Below are positions 14,011 to 27,039 of a stretch of 64,000 nt of DNA, piece by piece. A program made the position numbers and the translations under genes. The notes under the pieces were generated by a model that did not search any database, was not told the DNA's origin, and was given only the letters and a program-made list of their open reading frames with translations. Source of the DNA: Callorhinchus milii (taxonomy: Eukaryota); NCBI RefSeq assembly GCF_018977255.1, contig NW_024704742.1, positions 88,104,001 through 88,168,000 of the forward strand, read 5' to 3'. How positions within the stretch are numbered: position 1 is the first letter of the stretch; each line of letters starts with the position of its first letter.

Positions 14011-14359
14011 GAATTTTTTTTATCAGCAAAGCCTTAGACTTCTAAATGGTGTCTTCTTCCAAAATGGCCCATGCTGAAAGCCAGATATTTCTCATAACCA
14101 TTCCTCTTTAAATGCTCACTGTTGAATATAGTTGAATATAGACTCGTAAGGGAATGAATATCAATTCATAAAATTCTAAAAATTGTCTCTTGAGGACAAA
14201 TGATGTTGTGGGCATGACTGGTTTCCAAACGCCTTGCGTGATATCAGACGTTGTAAGATATTCAGAGATGTAGGAAAAAAGATATATTAAAGGTAAAAAT
14301 CAGATGTATAATTGATTAACCAGAATAAGTCACATTCTGCCACTAATTTAGCACTTTAC

Positions 14360-14810
14360 ATTAGAATATACAGCACAGAAACAGGCCATTCAGCCCAACT
14401 GATCTATGCCGGTGTTTATGCTCCACGTGAGCCTCTTCCTGCCCTTCCTCAACTAAGCCTTCAAGCTTAACCTATTCCCTTCTCACTTATGTATCTATCT
14501 AGCTTTCCCTTAAATCTGTCTATGCTGTTTGCCTCAACAACCCCTTGTGGTAGCATGTTCCACATTCCCACTACTCTCTGTGTGAAGACATTTCTTCTAA
14601 CTTCCCTATTTGATCTATTTGTGACTATTTTGTATTGATGACCCCTGGTTTTGGTCTCTCCCACAAGTGGAAACATCTTCCCTATGTCTACCCTATCAAA
14701 ACCTTTCAACATTTTAATCAGCTCATCCCTTACCCTCCTCTTTTCAAGAGAAAAGAGTCCAAGTATGTTCAGCTTTTCATGACAGGTATAACCTCTCAGT
14801 TCTGGGATCA
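14360..14810 (-). mobile_element. CR1 LINE 3' fragment
   Basis: ORF LGLFSLEKRRVRDELIK...FTQRVVGMWNMLP plus 3' UTR. Confidence 0.9.
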
Positions 14811-14994
14811 TACACAGTTCACTAAAAGTAGCAACGCAGGTTAATAAGGCCATAAAAAAGCAAACCAGGCATTGGGGTTAACTTCTAGAGGAATAGCAAT
14901 GAAAAGCAGGAAAGTTATGGTAAACTTCTATAGAACCTCGGTTAGACCACACTTAGAATACTGTGTGCAGTTCTGATCCCCGCATTATAGGAGG

Positions 14995-15306
14995 AATAAT
15001 AATAATATTTGCATTTGATATAGCGCTTTTCACGTCTTCTAGACATCTCAAAGCGCTTCACACAATATGCTGTAAAGTGAATTGACTGTATATTTGTGGG
15101 TGAAACGCGGCAGCCGATTGCACACAGCAGTGTCCCACAAACAATCGTGGATTGAAAATGACCAATTTATTATTGTTTTGTTTTGGAGTGATTATTATTA
15201 GGCGTGTGGAGTAAGGAAACTTGCCCAAGGTTTCGCCCTGCCTGGAATTGAACTCAGGTGTCTCGCTTGCAAGGCGAGTGCTCTGACCACTGAGCTACAG
15301 CACTCC
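14995..15306 (-). mobile_element. tRNA-derived SINE, short subtype
   Basis: Complete head, body and (TTA)n tail. Confidence 0.92.
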
Positions 15307-15705
15307 GAGTAGAGTTAGAGAGTGATACCAGTCCACTTCGGTGTTTATACTCCATACAAGCCCCCACTACCTCCTCATTCGCATACACAGCGAGTGTTCT
15401 GTTAAATACTGTACATTGAAGCAATTTACTTCACCCATGAATGCGATGTATGTATGAATGGATGTAGAGCCACTGGAGAGGATGCAAAGGAGATTCACAA
15501 GGATGATCCCAGAACTGAGAAGTTATACCTATCAGGAAAGGCTGAACATGCTTGGACTCTTCTCTTGAAAAGAGGAGGGTAAGGGGTGACCTGATGGAGG
15601 TCTTTAAAATTATGAATGGTTTTGATAGGGTAGACATATGGAAGATGTTTCCACTTGTGGGGGAGACCAAAACCAGGGGCCATCAATATAAAATAGTCAC
15701 AAATA

Positions 15706-15878
15706 CAACAACAACAACAGGATTCCATTTATTGAGCGCCTTTCACGCTGGGAGGACGTCCCAAGGCGCTGTACAGTTGGGTCAGGACCCGAGCAGGGGG
15801 GATATGGTCAGGGTGAGGGGAGGGAAAGGGAGGGAGCGAGGAAGGGGTGGAGAGTCGAGGGGGGAGCTGAAGGCACGG
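15706..15878 (-). mobile_element. Short L2 3' tail insertion with 7-bp TSD
   Basis: TSD ACAAATA at 15699-15705 and 15879-15885; the neighbouring inverted CR1 copy shows the empty site. Confidence 0.9.
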
Positions 15879-16634
15879 ACAAATAGATCAAATAGGCAAG
15901 TTAGAAGAAATTTCTTCACACAGAGAGTAGGGGGAATGTGGAACACGCTACCACAAGGATTTGTTGAGGCAAATAACAGATGTATTGAAGAGAAAGCTAG
16001 ATAGATACATAAGTGAGAAGGGAATAGAAGGTTATGCTTGAAGGCTTAGTTGAGAAAGGGCAGGAGGAGGCTCATGTGGAATATAAACACCGGCATAGAC
16101 CAGTTGAGCTGAATGGTCTGTTTCTGTGCTGTGTATTCTAATATATCGGTGAAAGGTGCTACCACAATATTGTGGTTCAGGTGTCCTAACTTCAAAAGGA
16201 CATTGATGAATGGTAAAATGTTTTAAGAAAAAGGACAATGCTGAACACAACACAACTTGTTTTTCATTAGAGAAGAGGCAAAGCTATAAAATGCTGACAA
16301 GTCTAGAGGATGTTGATATAATTAGAAGGCACCAATTCAAAATAAAAAAAGATTTGAGACAAAATATTTGAATACTTGTCTTGCATTGAATTGTGGGTGT
16401 ATCTTGTAGTTTCCCTGCGAAAAAGGGTCAATTCTGTAGCGATAAATTGCTTCAAAAACCAAGTTAAATATCAATTTGGTTGGCAACTGAATTGAAGGTC
16501 GTGGAGATGTAGATGATTAATGTATGGAATTTTCTATTTGTCTGGTATTGAATGTGAACTCTCTCCCCAGAGGGATGCACCCCTTTTACCTTGCTTACCT
16601 AATTCCAGAGAGTTTAGGCATAGATTGGCAAGAG

Positions 16635-16970
16635 TCCTGTGGAGTCCTGTGGAGTCCTGTAGCTCAGTGGTTAGAGCACTCGCTTTGCAAGTGAGAGACC
16701 TGAGTTCAATTCCAGGCAGGGCGAAACCTTGGGCAAGTTTCCTTACTCCACACGCCTAATAATAATCCCTCCAAAACAAAACAATAATAAATTGGTCATT
16801 TTCAATCTACGACTGTTTGTGGGGCATTGCTGTGCGCAATTGGCTGCCGCGTTCGCCCACAAATATACAGTCAATTCACTTTACAGTCTATTCTGTGAAG
16901 CGCTTTGGGATGTCCTCCCGACGTGAAAAGCGCTATATCAAATGCAAGGATTATTATTATTATTATTATT
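16635..16970 (+). mobile_element. Young tRNA-derived SINE inserted into a family U copy
   Basis: A box TAGCTCAGTGG, B box GAGTTCAATTCC, (TTA)n tail, TSD AAGAG at 16630-16634 and 16971-16975. Confidence 0.95.
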
Positions 16971-17036
16971 AAGAGCCAATGCTTGAGGATCCCAGAGTGT
17001 ACATTGAGGTATTCTTGGAGTTGCTCAACTGACGTT

Positions 17037-17453
17037 AATAATCATCCTTGCATTTGACATAGCCCCATCCTCCTGATGTGAAAACCGCTGTACAAATGTA
17101 ATCTTGTTGTTGTTGTTATCACATCTTTGAGACATCTCATAACGATTCATAGAATATACTGTAAAGTGAATTTACTGTATTTTGTGGGTGAAACATGGCA
17201 GCCAATTGACCATAGCTGGGTCCCACAAACAGTTGTAGATTGAGTGACCAAATTATTATTTTATTATTTTTTTAAGGGATTATTACCCCTGGAAAGCAAT
17301 CCACCATTCGACTAACAACTGGGTTCCTTCTTACTGCTAGGGTAAATAGAGACATGTGGAGTAAGGAAACTTGCCTATGTTTTCACCCTGCCCGGGAATC
17401 AAACCCAGGTCCTCTCACTTGCAAGGCGAGTGCTCAAACCAATACCGGACTCC
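17037..17453 (-). mobile_element. tRNA-derived SINE, long subtype, with a small L2 tail nested in its 3' end
   Basis: Similarity to the family; opposite-strand cctcctgatgtgaaa...ttgttgttg at ~17065-17117. Confidence 0.85.
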
Positions 17454-20400
17454 AAGCAAAATAACATTTCCCTCAACCATCTACTGTTTTTCTCTCTGAC
17501 ATTTTTTCGTACTTAGTCTACTTCCCAAATTTATTGACCATAGCCCAACCTCTTAGGCTGGGACGTCCTCCCGAAGTGAAAGGCACTATACAAATGTAAT
17601 TTTGTTGTTGTTGTTGTTGAATACAGAGGCTTCAACTACCACTTCCCATCCAATTTACAAACATTGGAGGTTAGACCCCATATGATTATCTGGAGATCAT
17701 GATGTTTTTATGGAAAAATTGCCTGCCACAGATTTAATAGAATTGTTGTTTTTTTAAATTATCCTTCCAGTTAAAAAACCCTTTTGTCGTGAAGACTGAT
17801 TGTTTCCTGCATGGAAAGAGACCCATTTGTTTTGGTTATGTATTTTTCTAGTCTAAGAGCCGCTCGGACGTATGATCTGCTTGAGTCCCAGAGCAGATGC
17901 ATCCATTTATATAGGGGTTGCCATGTCACACTGGCATAAATGCCAATCCAGTGGCCCTTGAACCAGAACACATTAGTACTACTGTGTAGCCATCCAGTAC
18001 AATTTTTCACAGCTTGTGTGCCTCTGGATTGACTTCTGAATTTAAGTTTTGACTCACTTAGAATGAATAGAGCGGCTCTGAGATGTACCTGTAAGCCATG
18101 TCAGCTGAGCAGTAATGGAAACGAGCAGAGGCTTGAAATGGTACCCAGACTCCACATCAATGCAAAAAACCCAACGAAAATAAAATGAACTTCAGTGTAA
18201 GAAATACTGTGGACAAAATTTTCTTTTTTTTAAATAATACTTATGAGTGACAACTTTCTGTGGAGGTAATTCACTTAGCCCTTTTAAAATCTTCTGAGCA
18301 GCTCTCTAAAAATAACTGACCCGTTGCTTGTTGCTGAAACACATTAGATTTACTGGAAATGATCAGCAAGGGTTTATATTGGCTGAAAACCACTGTAAAA
18401 CTCACTCTGAACAAAAGGGTTTCTTTAGCTTTCACATTTTCCATTGTCATGTGCCAGAGCTACTGCTGTGAAGTCAATGGAATCACAGAGACTGGAGGAA
18501 AATTAACTAAGAATAAAGAAGAGATGCAAAGTGTCTATAATCCAAGGATAGTAAAGCAGGGTGTAGATTTTTTGGGTAATACTGAATATTACATCAAATA
18601 TTATGCAGCTTGTTTAAAACCTGAAAATTGCTAAGTATTCCTTTTGCATCCCATCAAAAACGCTCTTTAAAATCGCTTGTGCAATCTTGGAATTGTTGGC
18701 AGTGTTTCATTGAACAAAGTTCATTCATAATTAATTTGTTAGAATATTTGAAACCAGGACCTTTGGAAAACAAGTGGAATTTAAGGATAAGTTAGAGCTC
18801 TCCATAGAGAACACCAATGGGATGTTAGGAGTGAAAACCTTCAATTGCTTCTAAACCGAGCCTGATACCTGTCTCTCAAGCTTGGCTGAGGACAAAACAA
18901 AGCTGCTTCACCCAGACCAAAATAAACTACACTGAGCACTGATTCTCTTGAGGAATGGGGAGTCAGTGAAGCCGGGCAAGAACGGGGGTGATAGGTTCAC
19001 AGAGCCTGGTGGGGGAGAGGACACGAGCTGCAGAGTTCTGAATAATCTGTAGCTTGTAGAGGGAAGAGTTGGGAAGTACAGTTGGCGTAGTCATCTGAAT
19101 TAAACACATCAGAAAATTGACAGGAAGTTCACTTTTCTGATGCCGCCCATAATGTTCCTTTGCATGAGGATGATGCCCAGATATAGATACAATAAATCTA
19201 GTTGGGTTTCTCCATCCTCCCCCACCACCCTACTCACTCTACTAAAATTATATTTTCCCCTTTTTTTAAATTTCTTATTCAGTGCAGCACTGATAAATGG
19301 CTACATGACCTGCTCCCAGCCTCTGCGAGGCCACTCTGTAACTGACATTTGGAACTGATGTGTGAGGTTGGCTCAAGATCCCTTTCTCTCATTATTATAG
19401 ATGGTCATTTGTTCCACTGAATGCTGGAGAAAACCAAAATAATTATTTACTTTTTTTAAAAAAATGACAATTATTGGTGAGTGTAGTTTCATTCAACCTA
19501 CCATTAAAATTATTCTATGTTTATTCCTTTTGTTACAAAACAATATTGCTTCCAGCAGTAGAGCATTGTGGAAGATGAAGCCTGATTTATGCTTCTCGTT
19601 TCAAATTGCCTCAAGCCTGATGGAGTTTTGCACATACAGTACTCAAAAATCAGATGAAAATATAGCTGTTAATCCAAAATGTTTCATTAGTATTGTAGAT
19701 GTGAATTTATTCTTCATGCCAAATGGCTCAGGCATTTCTCCAAGCCAGCTCTTCCAATGATATCACCAATACTCATTTTAAGAAAATACAGATAACCAGC
19801 ATGTTAACCTTTGTGCTTACAGGTGTATATAGCATACTCTCAAATAATTATAGGTACTTAATTTGTTCGTTTACTGTAAATTTTAGTTTGACAGTTTGGT
19901 TATAACCATATAAATGTCGAAAGAGTTTGCCATTTCACTATACTGTTACTGCAACAACAACATTTCCACTTATAGCACCTTTCATGCAGAAAGAAGGTCT
20001 TGAAGTGCTTTACAAAGACAGAGTGGAAACTCAAGCTCGGAGGGAGATTGCTTGGGTAGGGATAGACAGTGAAAAAGATGGGTCTTTAGATGTGAAAGGT
20101 TGGGGTGTGGAGGAAACTGAGGCATCTGTATAGAGCTTATTGATTTTAGACAAAAGAAAGTTCATAATGGCCTCGCATTTGGAATCAGAGGTGAAGGTGG
20201 AGGGAGCTTGGGAGCGTGATTTGGTGTTCGATAAGAGGAGCCTGGGTTATATTTTCTTCCAGGTTGATCCTGTAGTAGCAAATGATTTTTTCTGTAAAGA
20301 GGGAGTGATGATTCATTTTGGAATAATTCAACCAGATTTGATGGTGGACTTTGACGCCAGGTTTAAGCTTTGATACATGGACTTTGGGCTTTAGAGAGTT

Positions 20401-20720
20401 TATCTAAATAAGAAAACGGAAACACAATGATAAGATTATTTGCAGTGGTGGAAAAGGGATTTGGAGGTGATTATTGGTCATTTCCAAACTGTTTTTGATG
20501 TCAAGTAAATCTAATCAAATTTAAGATAGTATGGCAAAGACACTGGACCATAAGTCACAATAAATGATTCTAACTTTATCTAGTACTGGTGAGGCCACAT
20601 TTACAATAGTGATGAAGTTTTGGCAATCTACCTTCAAAAGAACATTGAGTATTGAATGAGGGTTCAGAGAACCCGGATGAGTAAGTATAGCTTACTTACT
20701 GAGAGGCAGAATTGAACTAA

Positions 20721-21042
20721 ATAATAATAATAATCCTTGTATTTGATATAACGCTTTTCACGTTGGGAGGATGTCCCAAAGCGCTTCACAGAACACACTG
20801 TAGAGGGAATTGACTGCATATTTGTGGGCGAACGCGGCAGCCAATTGCGCACAGCAATGTCCCACAAACAGTCGTGGATTGAAAATGATCAATTTATTGT
20901 TGTTCTTGGTTTTGGAGGTATTATTATTAGGCTCTGTGTGGAGTAAGGAAACTTGCCCAAGGTTTCGCCCTCTGCCTGGAATTGAACTCAGGTCTCTCAC
21001 TTGCAAAGCGAATGCTCTAACCACTGAGCTACAGGACTCCAC
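20721..21042 (-). mobile_element. Young tRNA-derived SINE, short subtype
   Basis: Near-identical to the 16635 and 29141 copies. Confidence 0.95.
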
Positions 21043-22021
21043 AAAACTAGCTTTCACTGGAAGATAGCTGACTGATTTCAGGGGGTGGGGCAAGAGGACA
21101 TTATCCAAGTATTTAAAATGATTAGAATTGATACACATTTAAGCAGGCTAGTCTGTGAGTTCAGAACTATACAGATCAGAGAGAAAAATCTTCAAAGAAT
21201 AGTGGAGTGGTAGACAATAAAAGCAATTGACACTGTATCAATTCAAAATAGAACTAACAAGTATCTGCTTGGGAATAGTATTGGGGATATTGAGTTAGCT
21301 ACAAGCTGATAAGAACCCAAGGGACACAATTATTTTTGTGCTGTTGGGAGGGGGGTGATGTTGTCTGTAGAAGTGGAAGGAAAGAGGGTAGGGTTGAATA
21401 ATAAACAATAACTGCATCTGATACAGTGCTATATTGCATCGTTGAGACATCTCAAAACACTTCAGTGTATATTGTAAAGTGGATTGACTAAATTTTGGAG
21501 CAAAACTTTTTTGGGGTGAATAGTGCAGATATGGAGATGAAGGAATTTTCTTCAGTTTTTGTTTGATTACAGGAAGTATCTAAGCAGCAAAACTTTATTT
21601 TAAGATGTAATATGGGGTGAGGTAAACGCCTTCAGAACGTAATTTTCAGTAATCTGGGGAAGAGCTGTACTTGATGAGCTAAATGGCCATTTGTCATTCA
21701 AGCTTTCTTCCATTCTTAGGCTCTCAATTATCAATTACGTTTAACACTGAATTTGCAAAAAGAGCCCTGGCAATACAAATGTAGAATTTTAGATTTGTCT
21801 CAGTTTGCTTTCAGAAATAATCTCATGCTCAGCATTTCTCAGAACTTTATATTAATGCATCTCTAATATCCAGCCTATATGTTTATATAATAAATACATG
21901 TACAATGCATGAAAAAAGATTTTGATCATGGTAGGTTTTCACATCAATTAACTGGAAAATGAAATACCAAACTTCAAGCATCTCATTAATTAACAAATAA
22001 AGGAATTTTGAACCAAGATAC

Positions 22022-23245
22022 AGCAACATGCACTTATATAGTGCCCTTCACACAGGGTAGTGTTTTACAGCCATCAATAATGGCAGAGCCTGACGTCGAG
22101 CCAGTGGGTGGTGGTGGCGGTCGGGGGAGGTGACCATAAGCACGGTCGAAAAGGAAGATTTTTCAGGCGGGACTTGACAAAGGGGAGAGAGGGGGCAAGG
22201 CGGAGGGATTGAGGGAGTGTTTGGGCCGTAGTGGCTGAAAGTATTTTGTCCAGGTCAGTATGCGAGTAGCAAAGTTCTGAATGAGCTGGANTTTTTTTGA
22301 ATAGTGGAGCTGGGGAGACTGGCAAGAAATGCGTTGGGAGTAATTCAGGTGGGAGGTGACAAATGCATGCACGAGGGTTTCTGCTGCATTTGGGGTAAGG
22401 TATGGTTGGAGGCGGGCAATGTGGCGGAGGTGGAGGAAGGCAGTCCTTGTCAGGGACATGATGTAGGGGAGGAAGGACAGCTGGGGGTCAAATTGGACGC
22501 CTAGATTGCGCACTGGTTTGGTGAGTCTGAGGGAGAGCACAGGGAGGTTGAGGAGTTCAGATCCGCAGGAGTGAAGACGTTGACGGGAAGCAAAGAGTAT
22601 GGCTTCCGTCTTGTCCACATTCAGCTGCAGGAAGTTTACACTCATCCAGGCCCTGATATCTGCCAGACAAGCTGATAGAACATTGACGGACCTGGAGTTG
22701 ATGCTGGAGGAGGCAGATTTTTGTGTCATCCGCATACATGTGGAAGTTTATCCCGTGTCAGCGAATGACATTGCCCAGAGGGAGCAGGTAGAGAAGGAAA
22801 AGAGGGACAAGGATGGAGCCTTGGGTACCCCGCAGGTGACCAGGTGGGGGCGGGAGGAGAAACCATTTGCCAAGATGAAGAAGGTGGTTGGTTAAGCAGG
22901 AGTCAAACTATGCAAGTGCAGTCCCACTAAAATGGATGAGGGAAGAGAGGCAGTGGAGGAGGTTGGCGTGGTCAACTGTGTCGAACGCGCAGAAAGATCC
23001 AAGAGGATGAGGAGGGAGTGTGCCCTGGTCACAGATAGAAAGGATGTAGTTTGTGACTTGGACAAACATCTTCTCTGTGCTGTGAGCAGGGTGAAAACCA
23101 GACTGCAGGGGCTCAAGGAGGGAGAGGTATGACTGAAGTTGACCTGCAACAATGCGTTCCAGGACTTTAGCAAGGAAGGGTAGGGTGGAAATGGGATGGT
23201 AATATGAGAGATTAGAGGGATGGGGGTGGGTTTTTTGAGGAAAAT
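22022..23245 (-). mobile_element. L2 LINE fragment (reverse transcriptase region to 3' end), frameshifted
   Basis: YADD motif (MYADDTK), FLQLNVDKTEAILF, VRNLGVQFDPQLSF, LILLDLSA. Confidence 0.92.
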
Positions 23246-23359
23246 GTTAGAATAAGATCCCATGTTTAGGTGGTAACCAATAAGATCAACTTGCTCATGT
23301 CAGGCAATTTGCAACTCACTTAAGAGTACAGTTCTACACACAAAACCAGCTTTCTTTTC

Positions 23360-23690
23360 TTTTTGGGGGGAAGGCAGTCGGGTGTTTGACACGTGTGGAA
23401 ACCCATCACAATGCTTAAGAGTATCCAAACCAAACTGAGAATTCCATGCATTCACCTACACGTGGAAATTGTTGGAACGGAATATGCACTCTCTCCCTGG
23501 AGGGACACATCCTGCTAACCTAATTCCAGAAAGTATTAGGTGTGGATTGGCAAGAGCCAAGGCTTGGGTACCCCAGAGTGTACTGGGGTACTGCTGGAGT
23601 CTAACCAGCTAAAACCACATAGTTTGCCATTGATATTGCTGTCTGGCAAACTTTCCTGCTGCTTGTCCAGCTAGGACCAGCCTAACTGTT
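23360..23690 (-). mobile_element. Family U repeat copy
   Basis: Colinear with the 25389 and 46765 copies; T-run at the left end. Confidence 0.8.
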
Positions 23691-24595
23691 AAGACTTTGG
23701 AAGCAGGGCATAAACTGCAAACAATGCTAAACCTGTTATTACTTGACATCCATAATTTCCACTGGATGGCACATAACAGTGGTCCGGAGTACAAAATCTG
23801 TCTGCCTTTTCCAGTCCCCAATGCAGATATGCAAAACCGGTTTTAGCACTCCATCATTGCTCCATCCGAGATCAGCTATCTAGGCAAAGCAGGAACCTTT
23901 TTCATTGCTATTTTCCATTTATCATTCGCTGAAAATGTCATTATGCGATATCAGCTTTGAACTATGTAACATGCAAAATAACTAAGATGCCAACATTTTA
24001 GTTTTTCAGAATTCAGTAAAATTAAATGTATAGGTTTTTTGGTGGAATCTTGATTATCCACATCCTGGATTATCCACATCCTCGTTATCTACTATGAGGG
24101 AGGGGGTGTAATGTCGTTACTTTGCTCCCACTCACCTTCCTGTCAGCCTTCATTTGCCTGTACCATTAAAAATGAATCACAATCCCCAAGAACCTGGAAC
24201 ATTCATTTGTTAGGGAAAAGATCAAAATGTCAATGTGTTACCCATAATTTTAACCTGAACAGGACAAATGTCACCAATTTGTGACCATCCATATCACACA
24301 GGATTTAAACCATTTGCTTGTAAATTTATATGAGAGTGAAATGTGCTAATTATGTGGACATAATTAGATTCACTAAACTCTTTTTCTAAGTTGAGCTCTA
24401 TTTGGGACACTAGGTGGTAGTACTGCACCTGGATATGGAGCAGACAGCATGCAAGGACAGTAGAACCTCAATTATCGAACGGGAAGGGACATTATAGGAG
24501 ATAATCCAGGTTCCACATACACAGAAACATTGTTTAAAACTTTTGCATCCTTCAGCATCTCTCATCTGGGGACGAGTTGCTCCACTGTTCACAGT

Positions 24596-24613
24596 CAGCA
24601 ACAGAGGGCGCTG
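24596..24613 (+). promoter_or_regulatory. CTCF-like motif
   Basis: GCAACAGAGGGCGC versus consensus CCASYAGRKGGCRS (2 mismatches), in unique sequence. Confidence 0.45.
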
Positions 24614-25388
24614 ACCACTCAAGACACTGAACATAGCTTAGTGTCTCAGCATCCCAGCTTCAGTTAAGATACCTCTCATCAACTAATCACAAGTACTTTT
24701 TAAAAAATATTTTGGTCAATATTAAATCTGTTGTATCATAAGATGTACCCAACAATATATCTTATCCTTAAGTAGTAATAATAAGATTTGTTGTAGGGCC
24801 TATAAACACAGGAACTTCTCAAAGCACCTCAATTGTAATTATCAAATGTATGTGCATTTGTAAGCCAACACAGCAGCCAATTTAAACATGGCAATGTCCC
24901 AAACAGCCGTGAATCGAATGACCAATTTATCGCTGATTTACTACTGTAATTTTCTCCAAACTACAGGATTACCAAAAAGGAATAAAAATAGAAACAAAAT
25001 GAATCCTGGGCAGACCAAAGGATAAAATAGTTTTTTTTTGCAATTTATCTGTATATCCACCTGGCCAATATTTCCTTAAACTAATTATTCTACAGTACCG
25101 TACAGAATCTTATTGGCGTCTCAAATTTGGCAATTTCTAATTCCAGGTTGCAAATGAGGTCCTGTTTTGGTAACCCATCGACAGACCAATTTGCAGGAAC
25201 TCTTTTCCTAAGAGATCTACTTCTGGAATGAAGTTCCTACAAATTGGCACAATACTTTAAGCTCCTGGACAGATTTCCCATCTGTGACTCTGAACACCCT
25301 TGTTAAGAAATTACACAAAAATGTCACATTTTAGGACCTTGCTGCATAGGAAAAGTTTCAGGAAAGGGGCATCAAAAATTATCCTCTC

Positions 25389-26000
25389 CCGTCAGTCGTA
25401 TATCTGGCACATGCAGAAACCCATCACCATGCTAAGGAGTATCCAAACCAAACTGAGGGTTCCATGCATCCCACCTACACATGGAAATCCCAGAGATAGA
25501 TTGTTGGAATGGAATATGCACTCTCTCTGGAGGGACGTATCCTACTTACCTAATTCCTAATAAATAATATTAGGTGCAGGTTGGCAAGAGCCAAGGCTTG
25601 GATACCTCAGAGTGTGCATTGGGGTAACTGCTGGAGTCTAACCAACTAAAAAACCACATAGCTTGCCATTGATATTGCTGTTTGGCAAGCTTTCCAGCTG
25701 CTTGTCTAGGACACCACCAGTTAGGGCTGTGGCTTGCAGGGTTAACAGGAGCTGAGTGATTCAACTACCTACCCCCAGTGACTGGTTTGCCCTTCCACGT
25801 CCTGCTGATGAGCCAGGCTTGGCTGCTGTCCTGCTTCCTGCTGTCATCATCAGCAGAAATACTGCGGACCCGCCTGGCTCAGTAACCAGACTACCAAGAC
25901 CACCACAGAGGGCTGGCTCAATTCCTTCATTCCGTTGCCAAGCATCTCACCTTGGAACCAGTTCATCTCCAAGGATACCCCGCTTACCTCTTCCCCCCCC
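25389..26000 (-). mobile_element. Family U repeat, longest copy (~610 bp)
   Basis: Shares both ends with the internally deleted copy at 46765-47190. Confidence 0.75.
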
Positions 26001-27039
26001 CCCACCCAGAGGATATCAGCTACTAAGATATAAATCCATCAACTTCTAATAAAGATTGAGAAATTAAAGCTTGTGCAATCTGACGGCCATTAAGCGAAGA
26101 ACTCATCATAGCATGTAAAATATTAACCTAAGCTATTACATACAAACAAGCTAGGAAAATAGGCTAAGGAAATATAAGTGGAAATTAATGAAAAAGAATT
26201 TAACAGATATGAGGAATAATTACTCAAAGAGTTTCAAATGTTTGAAATAAGCTACCAATTAAGAAGCAAGAACAACAAGATTATTCAGATATTAATTAGA
26301 TGGCATGAAAGGAGTTAATATACTGGAGCGATGAGCTTCATTGGATTGAATGATGATTTACTCATCCCTGAAGTTTCATGTTTGTACGTTATGGTACTTA
26401 AACTCACTCAGACCTCATCTCCACCAGCTGCATTTGCTGATACTATCTGATTCTAGCCGCCTATTCCAGAAAAAAAGCTTACCAATTAATTCTTCAGAAA
26501 ATGGAAAATAATAAGCCATCTGCGAAAAATTAAATCATTTCTTGCCAAATCTTCCAATAAATAGTAGCCATATTGATATATCCTGCTCTCTTTTGTAAAT
26601 TTTTTATGATCTGGCAAATATTAGCAAATTCAAGTGTAGTGATCAGAAATGTGATAAGATATCACTGCTGGCGCAGTGTTTATATGTGCCGTCTGGTGTA
26701 GTACTGAGCCAAATGTTCCAGGAACATCCTAGGTTGAACCCCTGATGCGTTTTGTATCTGCAAAGTCCCCACGCCAGGGGTGAAAATCAGCTAACTTTAG
26801 ACTATTTTCCAGTGACTCCTGCTAGAAAAAGTGTGCTCATACGGACAAAAAAACAACTATCAGGAGGTTTTGTGACTACCATAGTCAAAGAGCTAACTGA
26901 CACAAGCTAGTTCTCGTCAACGTAAGAAGAAAATTGAAACATGGACTATATTTAAGTAACTTTCTCACAAAAAAAAGAATAAAGATTAGAAAACTTTTGC
27001 AAAATCTACTCACTCACTCTTTAACATCCAATTTAAGCT

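Larger units (their letters stand above)
14812..16140 (+). mobile_element. CR1 LINE 3' fragment, interrupted by a SINE (14995-15306) and an L2 tail (15706-15878)
   Basis: gttagaccacacttagaatactgtgtgcagttctg; ORF EKRRVRGDLMEVFKIMNGFDRV; 3' UTR ending tattcta. Confidence 0.9.

Noticed and set aside
16649..16725. tRNA genes
   Set aside because: These are SINE heads: followed by SINE body and tail, multi-copy, without a proper acceptor stem.
25802..25856. Hammerhead or C/D-box motif at CTGATGA
   Set aside because: A stem follows CTGATGA but there is no GAAA; the motif is part of a 10-bp inverted repeat.
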